From NCBI GenBank assembly GCA_026770705.1, contig JANJGN010000192.1:496001-560000 (forward strand): a DNA stretch of 64,000 bases, written 5' to 3'. The stretch is from Isurus oxyrinchus (Eukaryota). The notes beneath the pieces were generated by a model, which ran no database searches, was not told the DNA's origin, and was given only the letters and a program-made list of their open reading frames with translations. A program made the translations under genes and the position numbers. The number at the start of each line of letters is the position of its first letter. Position 1 is the stretch's first letter. Shown here one piece after another: positions 40,070-52,170 of the stretch.

Positions 40070-40250
40070 TTCAGGTGAAGTTACAGGCCGCAACATTTTG
40101 GATAAGCTTAGGTATATATGGGGTAGAAGATGGGAGGCCGGCCAGGTGAACACTGGAATAGTCAAGCCGAGATTGAACAAAGGCATGGATGAGGGTTTCA
40201 GCAGCAGATGAGCTGAGGCAGGGTCGCAGTTGGCCGATATTTAGGATGTC
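40070..40250 (-). mobile_element. L2 LINE ORF2 C-terminal fragment
   Basis: LRPCLSSSAAETLIHAFVQSRLDYSSVHLAGLPSST..KLIQNVAA. Confidence 0.85.
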
Positions 40251-40954
40251 CCTGTACAGTGTGTTCATCTGATAACAGCCCGTCAGTCTGTCTAATATTA
40301 TGCACTTTTATCAGAGACGTTAGGGGTAAAATGGATACAGCGTCCGCCATTATTGTTCAATATTAGGATTGTTACTGTATCTGTATCTCTGAAACATTAT
40401 GTCACTGCGGGACTTTTCACATTTCACTGCAATCAGAAGCTGAACAAAATGTCCCAGACTGTGGCCAAGCAGTGAGAGCCTTTAAAGCTGAAATTTGCCC
40501 CTTTAAGTGGCCCAATTGGGATCATTCCCTGCAGGTAGTTCCTGTCATGCACCATTCATATCAATCTCTCTTGGCACTGGATTCACTGGGAGGGATGAAG
40601 AGTCAGTGAACAGAGCGGAATGTCACAGTTGTTCTGTTCCTGACTCTCCCCCTCCCGGTAGTTTAGTGAGGACTCGGTCTCCCAGGGAATGTGTTGTTCC
40701 CAATTCCGCCCGATTAGCGTCGTTTAGCACTGAGTGAACTGACAGCTGTCAGTAACTCCAGTATCCGGATCCTGGTAAGTTCATTGTGGTTCAGTGTTTA
40801 GAAAACACAATAACAAGCAAATGTCATGGAAACTATCATAACTCAGATTCAGTAGAGGATCAGACATGTGGGCAATGTGCGCTCTCTACCTTCTGATTCA
40901 GGTTCCTGAATGATACTGAAAAAGACATGATATCTGTTGCATTGTTGCTGTTAT

Positions 40955-41044
40955 GGTCGTATGGCCTATTGGATGAGGCGTTTTACTTCCATGTGTCGTG
41001 CAAGGTTATCAAAAGCTTGGAGGTTGGAGTCCTGCAATTTGTCT
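40955..41044 (+). pseudogene. tRNA-Arg(TCG)-type pseudogene with a 16-nt insertion after position 37
   Basis: GGTCGTATGGCCTATTGGATGAGGCGTTTTACTTCCA[TGTGTCGTGCAAGGTT]ATCAAAAGCTTGGAGGTTGGAGTCCTGC vs GGCCGCGTGGCCTAATGGATAAGGCGTCTGACTTCGG-ATCAGAAGATTGCAGGTTCGAGTCCTGC. Confidence 0.75.
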
Positions 41045-42130
41045 TGTGTTCGTTTCACGCAGATAGGTTGCCATGTACATGAGTTCCAGCACACTTTGTG
41101 TGTATAATTCTTTTTCTAATTAACGCGGTAAAATCTCTGGCTTTAATTCTTTTACGGTGGCGCTGAGTCCTAGGTTCCCGGTCAGCGGGAATAGGTTTGG
41201 GCTGATCTTACCTATTCAAAGTTACAAAAAAAAAATGTATCGAATCCTTTCTGCAATCGTGGGGAAGGACCTCCGTAAAGCAACCGTCAGTGGGTTAAAT
41301 GTAGGCACTGAGTTGCGTCGGGAATTGAAGAGGGTTAGGAGTGAGTTCCAGAGGCAAACAGAGGTACAGAGAAAGAAAACGGAAAGATTGGCGAGGAGGA
41401 AGAGAAAGGAATATGAATGGCGTTCACCATCTTTCAAATTTTACTCAATGAAACATCAAAAAGAAAAATAATCTCTGTGCCAAGGAGCTGCTGATAGTGC
41501 AGAGAGCAGTAAATAGGGCTGGATTTAGGACAATCATCGTGTTCACTGAGGGAGAGGTAATGGGATGAGAAGCTAAAAATTACGAGGGGGCCGGGGATGA
41601 AAGGCAGGATCCTGAATAGCTGCTGTCCGAAACCAAAGGAAATAAAGGGAAAAAATAAATTTTCAAGCTGAACAAAATGGTGGCAGAGATTACAATGAAA
41701 ATTACTGTGTGATGTTACAGTCACGGTTTAAAAGATGTGCGTTTAATGTCAAATTATTAATGAATTCTGCCTCGTTAGTCATTACTAAATCGCGTGTGGC
41801 CGGTTGTTCTCGGTTTGAAAATACCTTCTTTCAGCGAGCTGTCCTAGTTTCAAGGTACCAATTCACTGATTTCACGGAAATTCCGATTTAGCCCAGTTGA
41901 AATGAAAGAGCCAGCATCGGTGTTCGGACACATACGGAACTGTCGGTTGACTTGGTGTGAAGGGCCGTTCCTATCAAGGAACTCCCATATTCCGGATCTG
42001 TGAAAACAGCCGCGTTTCCTGAATCTCCCTGTCGCTGATACGACATATTTATCTGCACTGTCTCCTACATCTGAATTTTAAAGTACATTTCCAATTTCGT
42101 GTGTTTTCTACTTTAAAAATAATAAAAGCA

Positions 42131-42202
42131 CTCTTCGTCGGGGAATTGAACCCCGGTCTCGCGCGTGACAGGTGGGGATACTAACCACTATACTAACGAG
42201 GA
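42131..42202 (-). tRNA. tRNA-Asp(GTC), structurally damaged (probable young pseudogene)
   Basis: TCCTCGTTAGTATAGTGGTTAGTATCCCCACCTGTCACGCGCGAGACCGGGGTTCAATTCCCCGACGAAGAG. Two anticodon-stem mismatches and one acceptor-stem mismatch; downstream TTTT retained. Confidence 0.88.
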
Positions 42203-42711
42203 ACTAACTCATTTGACAATGGAGGCCTGGGGCTAACTTTACTAACAGAAGAAAATGCTGAATGTGGGAATGGAGGGGTTGCGGGCTTCATTCAGTTTTT
42301 TCAGAGACTAGAAGGATGACCGGATATCTTATCTGATTGAACTCGCTGTTCTTTAATTGCTATTAGGAACCTTATGATGCGTAATAACCCACAAATTGAT
42401 AGATTTGTTGAATGAAAGAAATTGAATTGTCCTCCGATTAGCACGTTCATATCGTGAAAGATTCCTCTGTTGTGTAGTATCTCGATTTACCAATGGGAAA
42501 ATCTGACCGCCAGTGAGATCCGCGGATGTAATACTCACACCAAACTTTCAGTTATATTGCCAATATGGGAATTGTCAGTGAATACGCGGCACACCCCTGT
42601 GCTCAATAATGCGCATGAGTGACGAGAAAACGTCAATCCTGCACCTGCAGTGAAAGTCTAGGAGAGTTCGGAGACAATGAAATGTCATCAATTCAGGTTA
42701 TCTGTTTTGTG

Positions 42712-42779
42712 GCAAATCCTGTCAAAATAACACTTCTTCTGACCCCAATTTGGGACTTTTTAAACGGATAGGGATTTAT
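42712..42779 (+). pseudogene. Possible further GPR139-like exon-2 start relic
   Basis: ANPVKITLL/DPNLGLFKRIGIY (one frameshift) vs ANLVTIVILSRGNCGLSKCISVY. Confidence 0.35.
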
Positions 42780-42902
42780 TTTTCCTCTTGAATCATTTCC
42801 CGACCAGGAACACAATGAGGGAAAAATACCCAAATGTTAAAATGGAAGGTGAATATATAGATGTTGACCCTGCAGTGACTGGGAGATCCCCACTCTCATT
42901 GT

Positions 42903-42985
42903 AAAACAAAAACAGAATTACCTGGAAAAACTCAGCAGGTCTGGCAGACCTGCTGAGTTTTTCCAGGTAATTCTGTTTTTGTTTT
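42903..42985. repeat. Perfect 41-bp inverted repeat with 1-nt spacer (collapsed Penelope-type element)
   Basis: aaaacaaaaacagaattacctggaaaaactcagcaggtctg-g-cagacctgctgagtttttccaggtaattctgtttttgtttt. Confidence 0.95.
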
Positions 42986-45811
42986 GGATTTCCAGCATCC
43001 GCAATTTTTTGTTTTTATCCCACTCTTATTGCGTCCAGCCTCCTGCTGGGCCGCCGTCTTGCATTTGTGCAGCAGCTGTTTATTATTCGGTTCAGCTCTG
43101 TCTCTCCCGTCACTGGTTCTCCATCCTGTCGATGCTGCTGTCTCATGAACTCCGAGAAGGTAACGCATTCGCTTATTAAAATCACAAGAGAGACGCTCTT
43201 TTACTGAAACATTTGGTCCCAGACCGAGTGTTTAGTTCACCATCCAACAGCTCCTGGGAATTACATGCAATATATTTACTTTCTTGATAAATGCCTGGCT
43301 ACTGGTTGATATGTGCACTCACCGTTGACTGTCTCAATGACCATTAAGGGTAAAGGCTTCCTCCCGTCTTCTGTAGAAGCTCTGCCCCTGCAGCTTGAGT
43401 TCAGAAGGACGTCACTAGTGAAGAGTGCATGCACCAGGCGGCTTATAACCAGATTTCTCTTTTCTAAATATTTCAGACTCTCCAATTTTTCCGGTGCAAC
43501 AAAAAATGTTTGACGATGTTGCACTTTCACTTTCTCTTGCCCAGGTTTCTGAAAGTTAGGGAATTAATTTGAGATCCTGATAGTCTGATGGCTGCAAATG
43601 CGTGTTGCTGCTAAAACACGATAGGATGTGAAAACTAGACAATGTGCTTTCATGTCCTGAGTGAATTGTACTTGCCTCAAATCTTCATTCCCACTCCCAT
43701 TCTTCAATCCTGCCTCCAGGAGGTATTCTTTGTGTGAAAATGCGGCTCTGCATCTATGTAATTTCGGCATTAATAGGTGGTTGATTGGCAGTTACCCCCT
43801 GAGGTCGGCATAATGCTGGGAATAACTGCTGCTCGCTTTGAAAAATATTATTAAAAATGTTTCAGTCATGGACATTGAACCATCGTAATGAGCGAGTCAA
43901 AGCGTGATCGCTGCGATTTCTCATTTAATTTCCTAACTTGGTGACAAGAATCACTCAAAGCGTCGAGGCTGAACTAGGCAGGCCACTATATGCCTTACAG
44001 AGCGATAGAGCAAGGACTTTCTTCATTCTCTCCAATGTAACATCCCTGACAAGGCCGGCACCCCCATCCCTTGAGAATGGTTAAGTGTCAACCACATTAC
44101 TGCAGACCAGGCTGGGCAAGGACAGCAGATTTCCGTCCGCATGGGACATTTATGAACCTGCTTTTTTTTACAACAACCGACGCTACTCTAATGTTGGCCA
44201 ACATTATTTAAATTGGTTTTATATCCCAGAATGTCTCAACTGATTTGAAATTCGATCAGCTGCCATAGTTGGATTTGAACTTATGTCCCCTGAGCATTAG
44301 CCTCTCTGGATTACTAATCCAGTGACGTCACCAGAGAACAAGGCCAGTCAATTGATGTAGGTACCATTGTCTCTGATCCATTGCTTGTGAGTATATTCTT
44401 GGCAAAATCAAGGGTGAGAACATGATGTGATCTCTCAGTCTGACCTAAGTTCACATATTGTTGGGAGGGTTCCACAAGCACTCACCGACTTTTCATCTTC
44501 ACGCCTGCTGTCAATTACCACTGGGACCAAAGGGACCAAAAATCTCCCGCATGAGCTTTCCAAGATTCACAGCTTCAAAGGAAAGGGGAAAGTCGCTGGT
44601 TGCTTTATCTTGCTCTCCAGAGGAATCCAAGGGCTATAGATTCAGAAGCTATGGAGGGGGCAGAAGGGCGGGGGCCACGTGGGGATGATCCACGTGAATT
44701 TCATTACATTCAATTGCAGGATCTCTATTCACACAACTCTGATTTCAGCTGCCTCAAACAATTCATCATAATGTGCAGGGACCCGGCAATCACTGACTGT
44801 AGAGGAAGCTGCTGATTTGTGGAGTGCAGCATGGAACAGGGAATTCTTACCCAGCTTGTCACAGAGAGGACATCTAGTGCCTTGGTCCAGCTGTTCAACT
44901 GAGCCCGCGGTCTATGGTACTCTGCACACAGGATACCATTCTCCTGCCTCTGGGCTTGCATTTCAGCCTGTCATACTCGCTGTCTGACCACTGATATTTA
45001 TGGAGATGGATAAAGTGATGTTCGATCTGCGATGCTGGACTGTGCATGTGCATTACCCACCCATGTAAGTTCAGCTGTTACCAAAGGAAGCTCAGCAGAA
45101 TGTGACTTTGAAAGCAGCTGGTGAGGGGCTCTGATTGGCCTGATGTGGCTGTTGTCATTCTGACTGGGAATAAACGTTGAGACTCAGCCTTATGCTGCCA
45201 TCCGTCCTTCCCTCTGGCTGCCTCACTTGGCTCCTTTCCACTGTCACTGTACAGAGTGGCAGTTTTCACCAATGCTGACCACTGCTCGGTGCTACTGGTG
45301 CAGGTTCACACCATCCTGTTGGTAGGTCGTTCCTCCTCCTGGTCATCCTCCAGCTTGGCCATTAACCCTGCACACTTCTGTCGGCTAGTCTACAAACTAG
45401 GCCCAGGTGAATGACGCTACTTTCCCTTTTTTCTGTGCTGAGCCACCCCCATTGCCATGGAGTCCAGCGGCAGGAGGGTGCACACTGCCCTTGGTCTACA
45501 CTATTTCCAACTTCTGTGTGCTCGCTCCTGCAGCACGGTCAGCAGCAGCGCCCAGCTGCAGATCAACAGGTTGCTGAGCGGTCCTCAGCTCCTTCTTTAA
45601 CTCTCCAAGAGTAATATTTGAATGTCTCAGAAAACAGTCAATTCACAATGAATAGGATTGAATAAAAGGGTTCTTTGTTTATTGCAGCTATTAATATCTG
45701 CCTCTGTAACAGTACAATGATCATTGTTTGTGCTGCACTCTGACAACAAGAATCTAAATAATTTACATGAGTTCACTATTGCAGGCGGTCAAGTTGATCC
45801 TCTGAGCAGAG

Positions 45812-46222
45812 ATGGCTCACACCAAACAGATAGCCTGGAAGTCCACAAGTGGCAACGCGCCCAAGAAACAGCTGGCCTCCAAGGCTGCCCAGAAATATGC
45901 TCTGTCCACTGGCGAAGTGAAGAGATCTCGTCGCTACAGGCTGGGTACAGTCGCACTCTGAGAAATCTGCCGATGCCAGAATTCCATATAGAGTTGTTTA
46001 TCCGCAAAGTGTCCTTCCAGCCGCCCGGTGAGGGAAATTGCCCAGGGCTTCGAAACTGACCTGAGGTTTCAGTGTGCCAATTGGAGCATTGCAGGAAGCC
46101 AGTGAGGCCTACTTGGTTGGCCTGTTTGGGGACACCAACCTGTGTGCCATCCATGTCAAAAGAGTGACCGTTATGCCCAAAGACACCCAGCTGGTACAAC
46201 GGATCCGGGGGAGCGTGCTTAA
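45812..46222 (+). pseudogene. Histone H3.3 processed pseudogene
   Basis: [51 protein letters not shown]...[36 protein letters not shown]3.3-diagnostic S31 and I89-G90. Intronless, with a stop and frameshifts, and no histone stem-loop. Confidence 0.9.
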
Positions 46223-49221
46223 ACTCTTTGCTTTATTACATCACCTCCAGACTATTTTGAGGTGATATTCAAACATTTTCTAAAACATTATTGGACTGTA
46301 GGTTTGGCTTCTTGTGGACGCTGGGCCTTTATTTTGTATTTTTCTTAGTTTTGAGTATTGATCATGTCTTAAAGTGGAAATAGCGAAACATTTTGTAAAC
46401 ATTCCTTGGAACTCTTGCTCAGGTTGGAAAATAAACTTTAGTATCTTTTTTAAAAAGTGAAATGGTCGTGTTTGACCTATACATTCCCATCTAAACGGGA
46501 GCATTGAAGAAATTATTGTGCAGAGTGTTTTTTTTATGCAGTTTTCTGGCTAGTTTTGCACTCTACATTGTTCGCCATGACTCCAGGCCTATTTACTAAC
46601 CTCGCTTTTCCCTGTCACTGCGGCCTACCCTATGTTGCAGGAGGAGAAAATAAAGAACAAATGCTTCCACTTATTCTCAAAATTTTCCCCAAGACCTTTC
46701 CTCGCCCCTTCCATTTGACACAGAACGTCCCCCCTTCCTCTCGATCCTTCTTGTTGCTAATGGCAGACAGTGGCTCAATCCTGGTCAGCAGCTCTGCGCT
46801 CTAGAAAACCAGATATAACTTTTGGGTCGCTGCAGCTTGCTCTGCCGGGGACGCTGAGTCCTTGGCAGCAATAAGGTCACTGATGTCGAGATGGCCAAAA
46901 GGGATGGTAACCACAGTGGACAAAGCCTGATATGAACCTGCTGATGGACTGAGAATAGACAATGGTCAGAATGGCAGCATTGGTCAGAAAAGACTGAAAA
47001 TTAGGGGAGGGAAGCAAAAAGATCTGGGAACACGTTATGACAAGGATTGATGACTACACCAATCTAGAGTTTTGTTTGACCTCTATTGTACTGCAGATGT
47101 TTCTAGACCTTTTTCAAGTGGGTGTAATTATTAAAACTCAAGTGTAAACTAAGTTGAAGAAAACATCTCTCTATGTGCGGGGGTGGCACTGAGAAAGGAT
47201 GGAAACGGAAACAATTCTCGAATAAAGCACGAGCGGCAGATGAAGAGACTTCCGCGGTTGAGATAAACATGTCACAGGGATCATCTCCCAAATGTGCTGG
47301 AGGCTGTGCAGATCCCCTTGAGGCAATGGCTGGCCTGCGGTCATATTTTCTTTTCTCTCTATCCCGAAAGCAGGGAGTCCAATTTCTAGCCCAGGATGCA
47401 CCATGCAGTCTGACTCAGCACAGGGCTGAGTGCTGCATTACTAGCGGCCTCATCATGTGGAGCAGGTTTCAAACTGCAGCAGCCATGTGCCCCGTCTCCC
47501 TAAAGATCACATTCGGAGGATGAAGCAGAGAATTCTCTCACTGTAACAGCTCTTACACGCGGAAAGATTCTGTTAATGGGCCACTTATTTCAAAGAATAT
47601 CCCAAAAAAATCAGGGTAGAAGTTTCAATCCAGGTCTTCCCCCCTCTCACCCGCCTCCCCCATTAAAAACAACGCCAGGCCGGTCTCGCTTCCCTCCTCC
47701 CAACCTCTATCACCATGCCGTTCCCCATCTCCATGCTTGCCCGAATCCCCAATTACCGCCCCCACCCTCACCCCTACCATGCCCCAATATCAGAATAATT
47801 ATTTGCATTCGCCACTCCTCGCTCTCTCGAGATCCACAAAGTTCCGGCCTCTACCTCTACCCGTCACTTCTACCCAACTTAAAACGTTGTGGCCTCTCCC
47901 GGCTCGGGCCAAAGGCTCCAACCTCTTGTATTCTCGGTCCCGCTCACTCCTGATTCACCTGGAACTTTTTCAATTACCGATAACAAGCAGAAAAGGGGCA
48001 CTGAGCAGCACAGGATGTGGAAATGCCCCTGGGAGCAGCAGGTACAGTGTGTGCGGCCTCTGGACCACACAAAGGGTTTTTAATGTGCCCACCTTTGTGT
48101 GGCCGGGAGGGGCAGAGGCCAATCCTCTAATACTGACCATCCCAGGTACAGGTTGCATTCCCACTTCCTTTCCCTGAGCAAGAGAGGATTAGACGATGGT
48201 TGGAGAACTAACAATGCGCAGGGTAGTGGGGAGAAGGCATGTGAATTACACCTGGTGAAATGTTCATGTTTCAAAATCTTGTATAAATTGTGGTTCGTTC
48301 TGCTATCACTTTCAAAAATTAATGGCGGGAATAGCTCCCCGTTCACAACATTCTAAAAATGACAAATGAGACTTGAACATGTGACGAGGCTGTTAAGTAA
48401 GTAGGACACCATTGTAGGTCGGAAAGTAAATTTTGAAGAGGGCGTAAGAATCTTGATATGTTACGTGATTGGACAAATGGACAAAGACCTGGCAAATGGA
48501 GTAGAAAATAGTAAAACATGAGGTTGTCTATTTTGACAGGACGGATAAAAAAGAGGCACATAACCCAACCAGTGAGATATTGCAAAACTCTGAGATGCAA
48601 AGGAGTCTGGGTGTCCTAGTGCATGAAACTTTTGGTTTCCGTGTGCTGCTAAACTCTCATTGAAAATCGGACAGTCCAGAGTCCCAGGCGAGATCCTTCC
48701 TGTCTCTGAGACCAGAATGGTTGCTTTTGAAAAGTTCCCATTCGCTGAAAAAGCCTCAGTTAAACCTATTTTATTGCTGCAGAGATCGCGCTCTCTCACC
48801 CATTTGCTGACATGTTCTCTATTTTCCTACTGAAATCATAAAATTAACTAAATCTTTCCGTTTAACTCCCACTTGAGAGGTGAGTACCTATTAATTATTG
48901 CACGGTCCCAGCAAATTCGCTAGCCTCCTCAATCCTCCCATGTTTCTGCAAGATTGCTTTGTGAAAATGGGCTCACAAACGGCAAATGCCCTGTGGGGAA
49001 TGTTCACAAATTGATTTTCCTAAAAGGACAAGTCCGATTTTTTCATTCTTCTCTGACCTTTTCCCCATCTCCAGTTCTTTTGTTCAGATGCTGATCAAAG
49101 TGAATGGCAGAAAATGTTGATTTCAGTTGCTGATTTGCAGTGGAAAACCACGCATGAGGTATTTAGTCCGACACCGAACGCTGCTTGTTTGTGAGTCGGA
49201 GATGAAAGGTACAGAATGAAT

Positions 49222-49554
49222 CCCACACTCACAGCTAGTAACAGAGATTGATATTTACCGAATCAATCTCAGACCTACCGATGGAAGCAAAGACTGATAT
49301 TCATCGAATCAATCACACATTTGCAGAGAGTGCCAGAGACTGAAATTGATCGAATCAATCCCACAATTACAGACAGTATCAGAGACGGATATTTACAGAA
49401 TTAATTCCACACTGGCAGATAGTGCCAGGGACTGAAATTGATCGAATCAATCCCACAATAACAGACAGTATCAGAGACTGATAGTCCCAGAATCAGTACC
49501 ACAATCACAGACATTACCAGAGACTGTTATTTATAGAATCCATCCGCACTCACA
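49222..49554 (+). repeat. 46-bp minisatellite, ~7.2 units
   Basis: Unit ~cccacaatcacagacagtaccagagactgatatttacagaatcaat. Confidence 0.9.
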
Positions 49555-50201
49555 TGCATAGAAAAGCATTGCAGGGTCACGGGGAGTGGCAGTGGGTGAA
49601 TTGTTCCTTTAGAGGGCCAGCACAGATTAGACGGCCCGAATATCCTCTTTTGGAGTTGTCGCTATTCTAGGATTCTAATGGAACATACTGGAAAAAACTA
49701 AATAGCGCTGACAGTTTTGATGCTTCGATAGCGGGTCTATTTGTTAAAACTTCTATCAAGGTGAAACGTGAAACCCCAAATCCTGTCTCCAGAGATGCTG
49801 CAGGACCTGCTGAGTTTTTCCAGCACCTTCTGTTATTATTTCAGATTCCCAGCGTGAGCCGTCTGTCACTTTATGAACAATAAAGCAATCCCTGTGCAGG
49901 AATCGATATTCAAATAAGAAATTAGAAGCAGCAGATGGAAAATATTTAGAGAATCGCTGACTGTTACAAATCCGAGGTATTCTATCCTGGCTCCACAATA
50001 AAGCTCAGGAAAAGCCTTCATTATCATCAAGAAGGAATACATCTGAGTTACATTTTAAATGGAAGATAAATGCAGGTGGGAATTAATTATATTTCTATTA
50101 AACCTGCCCATGTGTTTGGAGCAAAATCTCACCGAAACGGATCAAATTCAGCTTCAAGCTTGGGGTTTCTGATTTGAGAGGTTAAAAAAAAAACAAGAAA
50201 T

Positions 50202-50274
50202 TGTGGCAGCTGGGAATCGAACTGGGGGTCAAATAATTGAAAAGCAGCTATGGTAACCACTGTACCACCATCGA
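50202..50274 (-). pseudogene. tRNA-Gly(TCC)-derived pseudogene
   Basis: Reverse complement tcgatggtggtacagtggttaccatagctgcttttcaattatttgacccccagttcgattcccagctgccaca vs GCGTTGGTGGTATAGTGGTGAGCATAGCTGCCTTCCAAGCAGTTGACCCGGGTTCGATTCCCGGCCAACGCA. Confidence 0.8.
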
Positions 50275-50559
50275 TAACTAACGATATTGGCACATAACCA
50301 TAAGTCACAAAAGTCTTAACAAGAGGGGCAAAATGACAAATAAAGCAAAAATGATGCTCAGCCACAGAAGGAGATATTAGATCAGATGACAAAAGCTTAG
50401 TCAAAGGGGAAGCTGTTAAATAACATCTTAAAGATCAGAAGGAGCTGTAGAAGTCGAATAATTTAGGGAGGGAATGCAAAATTTTGGACTAGGTCGGCAT
50501 TACACACGGTTGTCAATTTGTAGAGAATAAAATCCCATCTCTAGTTTCCCTTGAGAAAA

Positions 50560-51670
50560 TGCTGCTGAATTGCCTTTTCCATTCCACGTGGTGTATGTAC
50601 ACCCACAGTGCCGTTAGCGCTGGGGTGGGGGGGGTGGGGCTGGGGGTGGGGGGGGGGGGGTTGGTGGGAGCGGAGGGGATTTTATAGGATATTGATCCAG
50701 AGGTAGTGAAGGAACAGCGATATGTTTCCATGTCAGAATGGTGTGAGAGTTGGAGGGGAACTCCCAAGTAGCGGTCTCCCTGTGCATCTGCTGCCCTTGT
50801 CCTTCTAGATGGTAGTGTTCATGGGTTTGGAATTTGCTGTCCAAGGAGTCTTGGTGAATTCCTACAGTGCATCGTCTGGGTGAAGAACACTGCTGCTCCT
50901 GTACTCTCGTGGTGGAGGGATGTTGGGTGGATAGGGTGCCTGTCAAGTGGGTTATCTTCTCCTGGATGGTGTCAAGCTTCTGGAGGTGTGTTGCTGCACT
51001 CATCCAGGCCAATTGAAAGTATTCAAACACGCTCTTGATTTGTGTCTTGTAGATGGTGAACAGTCTTTGGGGAGTCATGAAGTGAGTTACTCGCCGCAGG
51101 GTTCCTCACCTCTAACCTGTCTTGCAGCCATTGCCTTTGTATGGCTAGTCCAGTTCAGTTTCTGGTCAATGGTATCCCAGGATTTTGATAATGAGAGATT
51201 CAGTAACGATAATGCCATTGGACTCAAGGAACAATGGTTAGTTTCTCCCCTTGTTTGAGGTGGTCATTGCCTGGCGCTTGTGTGGCACGAATGTTACTTG
51301 CCACTTGTCAACCCAAGCCTGGAAATTGTCCAAATTGATACATTTGCACGTGGACTGCTTCGGTGTGTGATGATTTGCGAATGGTGCTGAACATTGTGCC
51401 ATCATCAGTGAACATCCGCACTTCTGACCTTAAGATGAATTGAAAGTCATTGATGAAGCATCTGAAGATGCTTAGGCCGAGGTCTCTATCCCGAGGAACT
51501 CCTGCAGTGATGCCCTGTAACTCAGATGATTGATCTCCAACAACAACTTAACTTTGTGATGGTATGACACCAAGCAGCGGAGCGTTTTCTCTCTGCTTCC
51601 CATTAACTCCAGTTGTGCTCGGATCCTTGACGTTGCACTCGGACAAAAGCTGCCTTAATGTCGACGTTAG
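50560..51670 (-). mobile_element. LINE family A, 3' half
   Basis: TPQRLFTIYKTQIKSVFEYFQLAWMSAA..LQKLDTIQEK; contains a G-rich expansion at ~50622-50680. Confidence 0.85.
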
Positions 51671-51759
51671 CCAAACTCATCACACCTGTAAAAGGGAGAG
51701 TATTGAAGACAGACATAAAGAAGAAGGAAAAAGAAACAGTCCATAAATCAAGGCAGTCG

Positions 51760-52170
51760 GAAACACTGAAAAGAAAAAGAAAGTGTGCAGGGATCAGGGA
51801 AGGCAGGGAAGTGACAGCAGAATAATTTCTCCTTCAAAGAACGAGCACAGACACGATGGGCCAAGTAATCCATTCTATGATTATACGAATCTGGGATTAG
51901 GAAACTTGAACTTTAAATCTAATTTACTGAACTCTGGAATCACACTGGTGAATCAGCATTGTTTCCATTCCAAGTTCTATATAACCCCAGTGTTTCATCT
52001 GTGTGGTGTCTGTAAGAACATGAGAAATAGGTGCAAGTGTATAATGTGCACTCCAGCTTCTTAAACAGTCCATAACTTCCTGGATCAATATCCGCCTTAA
52101 TTTACCTTCCTAAAAATCTCAATTCTCGCTGCCACCCAGTCCCATAGCAGGTGAAGTATTCCCAGTGATT
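51760..52170 (+). repeat. Partial copy of the tRNA cassette (segment between the Lys and Thr-like relics)
   Basis: cactggtgaatcagca...ttccattccaag and tctgtaagaacatgagaaata match 29635-29725 and 32840-32925. Confidence 0.75.

Larger units (their letters stand above)
44370..50410 (+). repeat. ~6-kb segmental duplication, copy 1
   Basis: Colinear with 53610-59510 throughout (tgacctaagttcacat, ctccagcttggccatta, aagcagggagtccaatttctagcc, cattcgctgaaaaagcctcagtt, caccgaaac(g/a)gatcaaattcagc). Confidence 0.9.

Noticed and set aside
41157-41471. Basic, coiled-coil-looking 104-aa ORF
   Set aside because: Results from purine-rich composition; no equivalent plus-strand ORF in the duplicate at 52170-52510.
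43855-43925. Possible minus-strand tRNA-Val relic (ATCACG...GGTTCAA...GAAACA)
   Set aside because: Only short scattered matches, compatible with chance.
49222-49554. CRISPR-like array
   Set aside because: Contiguous degenerate tandem units without unique spacers, no cas genes, and a vertebrate context.
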